Origin: Eubacteriales bacterium
GTDB taxonomy: Bacteria > Bacillota > Clostridia > Oscillospirales > CAG-382
NCBI GenBank assembly: GCA_045540015.1
Contig: JAZQGP010000014.1
Coordinates: forward strand, 2,850 to 66,849
DNA: 64,000 nucleotides
Direction of reading: 5' to 3'
Part shown: positions 60,190 to 64,000 of the stretch, one piece after another
Position numbering within the stretch: position 1 is the first letter of the stretch
Layout: each line of letters starts with the position of its first letter
Position numbers and translations under genes: made by a program
Notes under the pieces: generated by a model
The model's database searches: none
What the model was told of the DNA's origin: nothing
The model's input: the letters and a program-made list of their open reading frames with translations, nothing else

Positions 60190-60738
60190 ATGGCAAAAGC
60201 ATTAGGAATGGTTGAATACTTTAATGTAACTACCGGTGTACAAGCCGCCGACATAATGGCAAAAACTGCCGATGTGGAAATAATCGAAGCAATGACGGTG
60301 TGCCCCGGCAAATACATAGTTATAATATCGGGCGAGCTAAGTGCCGTTAAAGCCTCGGTAGAAGCCTCCAAAGAGAGATTCCCCCAAAAGCTTGTAGACA
60401 GCTTTGTGCTCGGAAATCCTCACGAGGACATATTCCCCGCTATATACGCATCTACCGACCCAGGCGAGGTATCTGCACTTGGTGTTTTGGAAACCTTCTC
60501 GGTGGCATCTGCGATAGTTGCGGCAGACATCGCCGCCAAGACGGCAATAGTTAAGCTCATAGAGCTCCGCCTTGCCAAGGGTATGAGTGGAAAGTCGTAT
60601 CTTTTCCTTACAGGTGAGGTAGCGGCTGTAACTGCCGCTATCGAAAAAGCAAGAGAAAGCATCAAGGACGAGGGTATGTACTTAGACAGTGCCGTTATAC
60701 CCCGCCCTGATAAGAATCTTTGGAAATCAATACTTTAA
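60190..60738 (+). CDS. BMC-T tandem-domain shell protein (PduT-like, with candidate cluster-ligating Cys)
   Basis: Two BMC domains (ALGMVEY...; ALGVLETFSVASAIVAADIAAK...). TVCPGKY contains the Cys in the position expected for PduT. Confidence 0.8.
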   Translation: MAKALGMVEYFNVTTGVQAADIMAKTADVEIIEAMTVCPGKYIVIISGELSAVKASVEASKERFPQKLVDSFVLGNPHEDIFPAIYASTDPGEVSALGVLETFSVASAIVAADIAAKTAIVKLIELRLAKGMSGKSYLFLTGEVAAVTAAIEKARESIKDEGMYLDSAVIPRPDKNLWKSIL

Positions 60739-60764
60739 AATACACGACGAAAGGCCTTGATAAA

Positions 60765-62174
60765 ATGGATAACGAAAAGTATATCAGCGAAATAGTTGCA
60801 AATGTAATTAAATCAATAAACACAGGCTCCGAGATAAAAAAGGCAAACACATCGCACAAAAAGGGCGTGTTCACCTCAATGTCCGAAGCTCTTGATGCTG
60901 TAAATAAAGCATATAACGAGCTTAAGAAATACTCAGTTGCACAAAGAGAAGAAATGATTAAAAACATAAGACGACTTACTTTGGAAGAAGCTGAAGCAAT
61001 GGCTGTACTCGGCGTCAAAGAAACCGGCATGGGCAATGTTAATGACAAAATAATCAAGCATCAGCTTGTTGCCAAAAAAACTCCCGGTACAGAGGACCTT
61101 AAGCCGTCTGTAATGACCGGCGACGACGGAATGACCCTTATAGAAATGGCACCCTACGGCGTTATAGGAAGCATCACTCCCTCTACCAACCCCTCGGAAA
61201 CAGTTCTTTGTAACTCTATGGGTATGATAGCTGGCGGAAATGGTGTTGTATTTAACCCCCACCCCAATGCAAAAATGACCGCAAACTATGCAGTTGACCT
61301 TGTAAACCGTGCCGTACTTGAAGCAGGCGGCCCCGAAAATATAGTGGTTTCCGTAGAGAACCCCACCAAGGAATCCTCGGACGAAATGATGCAGTCTCCC
61401 ATAGTGAGAATGCTCGTTGCCACAGGCGGTCCCGGAGTTGTTAAAGCTCTGCTCTCTTCGGGCAAAAAAGCCATCGGTGCAGGCGCAGGCAATCCCCCTG
61501 TAATTGTTGACGATACTGCCGACATAGCCAAAGCGGCAAAGGATATAGTAAGCGGTGCAAGCTTTGATAACAACCTTCCCTGCATTGCAGAAAAGGAATG
61601 CTTTGCATTTGCAAATATTGCCGATGCCCTTATGGCAGACATGCAAAAGCACGGTGCTTACCTTGTAAAGGGTGACGATATCAGAAAGCTCGTTGAACTG
61701 TGTCTTATAAACAAAGACGGCAAGTATTCAATTAACAAAAAATGGGTAGGAAAAGATGCATATAAATTCCTTGAAGCTATCGGCATTACAGCTCCAATGG
61801 GAACCAAGCTTATAATATGCGAAACAGACGACTCCCACCCCTTTGTGCAGGAAGAGCTCATGATGCCTATACTTGCAATAGTGAGGGTTTCTGACATTGA
61901 CGAAGCAATTCAAAAGGCTTGCAAGGCTGAACACGGCAATAGACACTCGGCTCACATTCACTCCAAAAACATAGACCACCTTACAAGATTTGCCAAAGCG
62001 GTTGAAACAACAATCTTTGTTAAACACGCCCCCTCCTATGCAGGAATCGGTGCAGGCGGCGAGGGTTATACAACATTTACCATTGCAGGCCCCACAGGCG
62101 AAGGTCTTACAGCTGCACATTCATTTACCAGAAGCAGAAGATGTGTCCTCGTTGACGGATTCCATATAGTATAA
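60765..62174 (+). CDS. CoA-acylating aldehyde dehydrogenase (PduP/EutE type) with N-terminal encapsulation peptide
   Basis: N-terminal helix EKYISEIVANVIKSI, a linker, then an ALDH core with catalytic Cys in NNLPCIAEKE. Confidence 0.9.
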   Translation: MDNEKYISEIVANVIKSINTGSEIKKANTSHKKGVFTSMSEALDAVNKAYNELKKYSVAQREEMIKNIRRLTLEEAEAMAVLGVKETGMGNVNDKIIKHQLVAKKTPGTEDLKPSVMTGDDGMTLIEMAPYGVIGSITPSTNPSETVLCNSMGMIAGGNGVVFNPHPNAKMTANYAVDLVNRAVLEAGGPENIVVSVENPTKESSDEMMQSPIVRMLVATGGPGVVKALLSSGKKAIGAGAGNPPVIVDDTADIAKAAKDIVSGASFDNNLPCIAEKECFAFANIADALMADMQKHGAYLVKGDDIRKLVELCLINKDGKYSINKKWVGKDAYKFLEAIGITAPMGTKLIICETDDSHPFVQEELMMPILAIVRVSDIDEAIQKACKAEHGNRHSAHIHSKNIDHLTRFAKAVETTIFVKHAPSYAGIGAGGEGYTTFTIAGPTGEGLTAAHSFTRSRRCVLVDGFHIV

Positions 62175-62253
62175 AACACGCACAAGCAGTGCTTTAGTGT
62201 GACAGAATTATGCAGTTTTAAATTTAAACTTTATAGAAAGTACGGTTATAATT

Positions 62254-62907
62254 ATGAACGCTTTAGGATTAATAGAAGTATACAGCTTTACAACTGCACT
62301 TTGCGTGGCAGACCTTATGGCAAAATCGGCAAATGTCAGAGTAATAGCCTTTGACAGAAACCGTCCCTTTGCGCCAGATGCCCCCGCTCCGCTTATTATG
62401 GTGGTTAAGGTGGAAGGAAGCGTTGCCGCGGTAAGAGCAGCCATAGATGCAGGGGCAGTCTATGCCAAATCAAAAGGCAGATACATAGTATCGCACATAA
62501 TTGCAAGACCCGACGACAGCACCGAGAAGATGGCATATCTTATGGATATAAATAAGGACAAGTTTAATAAAAACTTCCCCAAGACTATGAATGGCATTGA
62601 AGCTCCCTCTCCTCTTGGAAAGGCAATAGGCATTATAGAAATATCGGGATTTACAGCGTCGGTAGTGGCACTTGACTCTATGTGCAAAGCAGCCGAAGTC
62701 CACCTTTTGCACAAGGAGGAAAGGCTTGGCGGAAGGCTTGTAACCCTGGTTGTTGCCGGAAGTGTATCGGCAGTTAAGGCTGCAGTTGAGCACGGAAGTG
62801 AAGCCGCATCTCCCGTGGGTGAGGTTTACGGCACAGAGTGCATACCAAGTCCCCACCCCGAACTTCTTAAATTTTTTGATTTGAGCTTGGTAAGCGAGGA
62901 GAAATAA
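62254..62907 (+). CDS. BMC-T tandem-domain shell protein
   Basis: Two BMC-like halves (ALGLIEVYSFTTALCVADLMAKSANV...; AIGIIEISGFTASVVALDSMCKAAEV...). Confidence 0.8.
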   Translation: MNALGLIEVYSFTTALCVADLMAKSANVRVIAFDRNRPFAPDAPAPLIMVVKVEGSVAAVRAAIDAGAVYAKSKGRYIVSHIIARPDDSTEKMAYLMDINKDKFNKNFPKTMNGIEAPSPLGKAIGIIEISGFTASVVALDSMCKAAEVHLLHKEERLGGRLVTLVVAGSVSAVKAAVEHGSEAASPVGEVYGTECIPSPHPELLKFFDLSLVSEEK

Positions 62908-62910
62908 ACA

Positions 62911-63546
62911 ATGTATGATGCAAATAAAATTCAACAGGCAGTAACTAAAATTTTAAAAGAATACAAACAGGATAAGAATAATGAAATAAAGATTGGTGTA
63001 TCACAAAGGCATATTCACCTTTCCCGAGAAGATTTGGATACTCTCTTTGGTAAGGGATATGAGCTTACCAAAAAGAAGACCCTCATGGGCAGAGAATTTG
63101 CCTCTGAGGAATTTGTAACACTGGTGGGTCCTTCGCTTAAATCAATAGAAAGAGTGAGAGTTCTCGGTCCTGTAAGAAAGAATACACAGGTTGAAATTTC
63201 TAAAACTGACACCTTTGTGCTTAAGGTTAGCCCCCCTGTTCGTCCCTCGGGCGAGGTGGAAGGTTCCGAAAAGCTTGTTATTGTTGGCCCCAAAGGCAGC
63301 GTGTATCTTAAACAGGGTGTTATAATTGCCAACAGACACATACACCTTACACCCGACTATGCTGCAAGTCATGGAATAAGTGACGGAGATTATGTTGATG
63401 TAATGGTTGAGAGCGTAAAGCCCACTAAGTTCTACGATGTTCAGGTAAGAGTGCGTGATGACTTTAATGTAGAAATGCACATAGACACCGACGACGCCAA
63501 CTCCGCAGGAATCAAAAACGGCGACATGGTAAGAATCATAAAATAA
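62911..63546 (+). CDS. pduL: Phosphate propanoyl/acyl-transferase PduL with N-terminal encapsulation-peptide-like helix
   Basis: Duplicated GVSQRHIHLS / ANRHIHLT motifs. N-terminal helix ANKIQQAVTKILKEY. Confidence 0.9.
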   Translation: MYDANKIQQAVTKILKEYKQDKNNEIKIGVSQRHIHLSREDLDTLFGKGYELTKKKTLMGREFASEEFVTLVGPSLKSIERVRVLGPVRKNTQVEISKTDTFVLKVSPPVRPSGEVEGSEKLVIVGPKGSVYLKQGVIIANRHIHLTPDYAASHGISDGDYVDVMVESVKPTKFYDVQVRVRDDFNVEMHIDTDDANSAGIKNGDMVRIIK

Positions 63547-63551
63547 CTTTG

Positions 63552-63590
63552 CGGAAGCTCTGAGACGTTTTGGAGCTTCCGTTTTTATTT
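63552..63590 (+). terminator. Rho-independent terminator closing the BMC operon
   Basis: CGGAAGCTC...GAGCTTCCG followed by TTTTT. Confidence 0.85.
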
Positions 63591-63690
63591 GACTTAATTG
63601 GAAATTTGATGTATAATAAAATGGTAAGCTATCGCTAAGGCTTGTACCTTTGGTATATTGTTATTAATATTAAAAATCTGAGGTGAACAT

Positions 63691-64000
63691 ATGTTTGCAG
63701 TAGAAAGGCAAAAGAGAATTATAGAAGCGCTTAAAACAGACGGTGCTGTGTGGGTAAGCAAATTAAGTCAGGAGCTTGGCGTAACAGAGGAAACAGTAAG
63801 ACGAGACCTCGAAAAGCTCGAAAAGCAAGAAGCGCTTGTAAGAACACACGGCGGTGCTATTCCCGTCGGTGAGAGCAATCACGAAATGTCGCTCGAAAAG
63901 AGGAAGCACCTAAATGCTGATGTCAAAGAAAAGCTCGCCAAAGAAGCTGTAAGACATATCCTGCCCGGAGACACTATCTTCCTTGATGCATCTACAACTA
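63691..64000 (+). CDS. DeoR-family transcriptional regulator (3' end outside window)
   Basis: MFAVERQKRIIEALKTDGAVWVSKLSQELGVTEETVRRDLEKLEKQEALVRTHGGA. GAGGTG RBS. The frame is open to the window edge, so it is not in the track. Confidence 0.85.
   Translation, partial: MFAVERQKRIIEALKTDGAVWVSKLSQELGVTEETVRRDLEKLEKQEALVRTHGGAIPVGESNHEMSLEKRKHLNADVKEKLAKEAVRHILPGDTIFLDASTT

Noticed and set aside
1-64000. tRNA, rRNA, tmRNA, RNase P or SRP RNA genes, and transposase or integrase genes
   Set aside because: Scanning the intergenic regions by eye revealed no tRNA-like T-arm consensus, no rRNA-like segments, and no ORF with transposase or recombinase motifs. The GAAAGTCCGCC string at 2905-2915 is simply the loop and 3' arm of a terminator hairpin, not RNase P.

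Overview
Chromosomal window from a spore-forming Clostridia-type Firmicute; the taxon is inferred from spo0A, spoIIR, a SpoVD-like PBP, SLH domains and operon style. Most of it is housekeeping: dnaX, truA, ecfT, pyrH-frr, cdsA, ispE, tmcAL, rplJL with an L10 leader, argS, aspS, hisS, yebC and radC. Accessory content: (1) a 3090-aa SLH-anchored surface protein built from tandem super-repeats (9666-18938); (2) glycan-foraging enzymes (GH95 fucosidase, GH38 mannosidase) next to a complete glycyl-radical-enzyme bacterial microcompartment locus of the fucose/rhamnose-to-propanediol (GRM5-like) type (50.6-63.6 kb); (3) a WYL regulator plus an AT-rich orphan gene for a SAP / FokI-like nuclease, wedged between tmcAL and the rplJL operon (30185-32781). 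I consider (3) the best candidate for an undescribed defence or toxin module. (4) A dispersed, hairpin-rich intergenic repeat family occurs at seven or more sites. Its stems differ between copies while pairing and loop sequences are kept. Inverted copies bracket gene cassettes: a perfect ~134-nt inverted repeat flanks an 8.1-kb segment, and a 68-nt one flanks a 2.65-kb segment. No rRNA, tRNA, CRISPR array, transposase or integrase gene was recognised. All similarity statements come from reading motifs by eye; no database search was possible.
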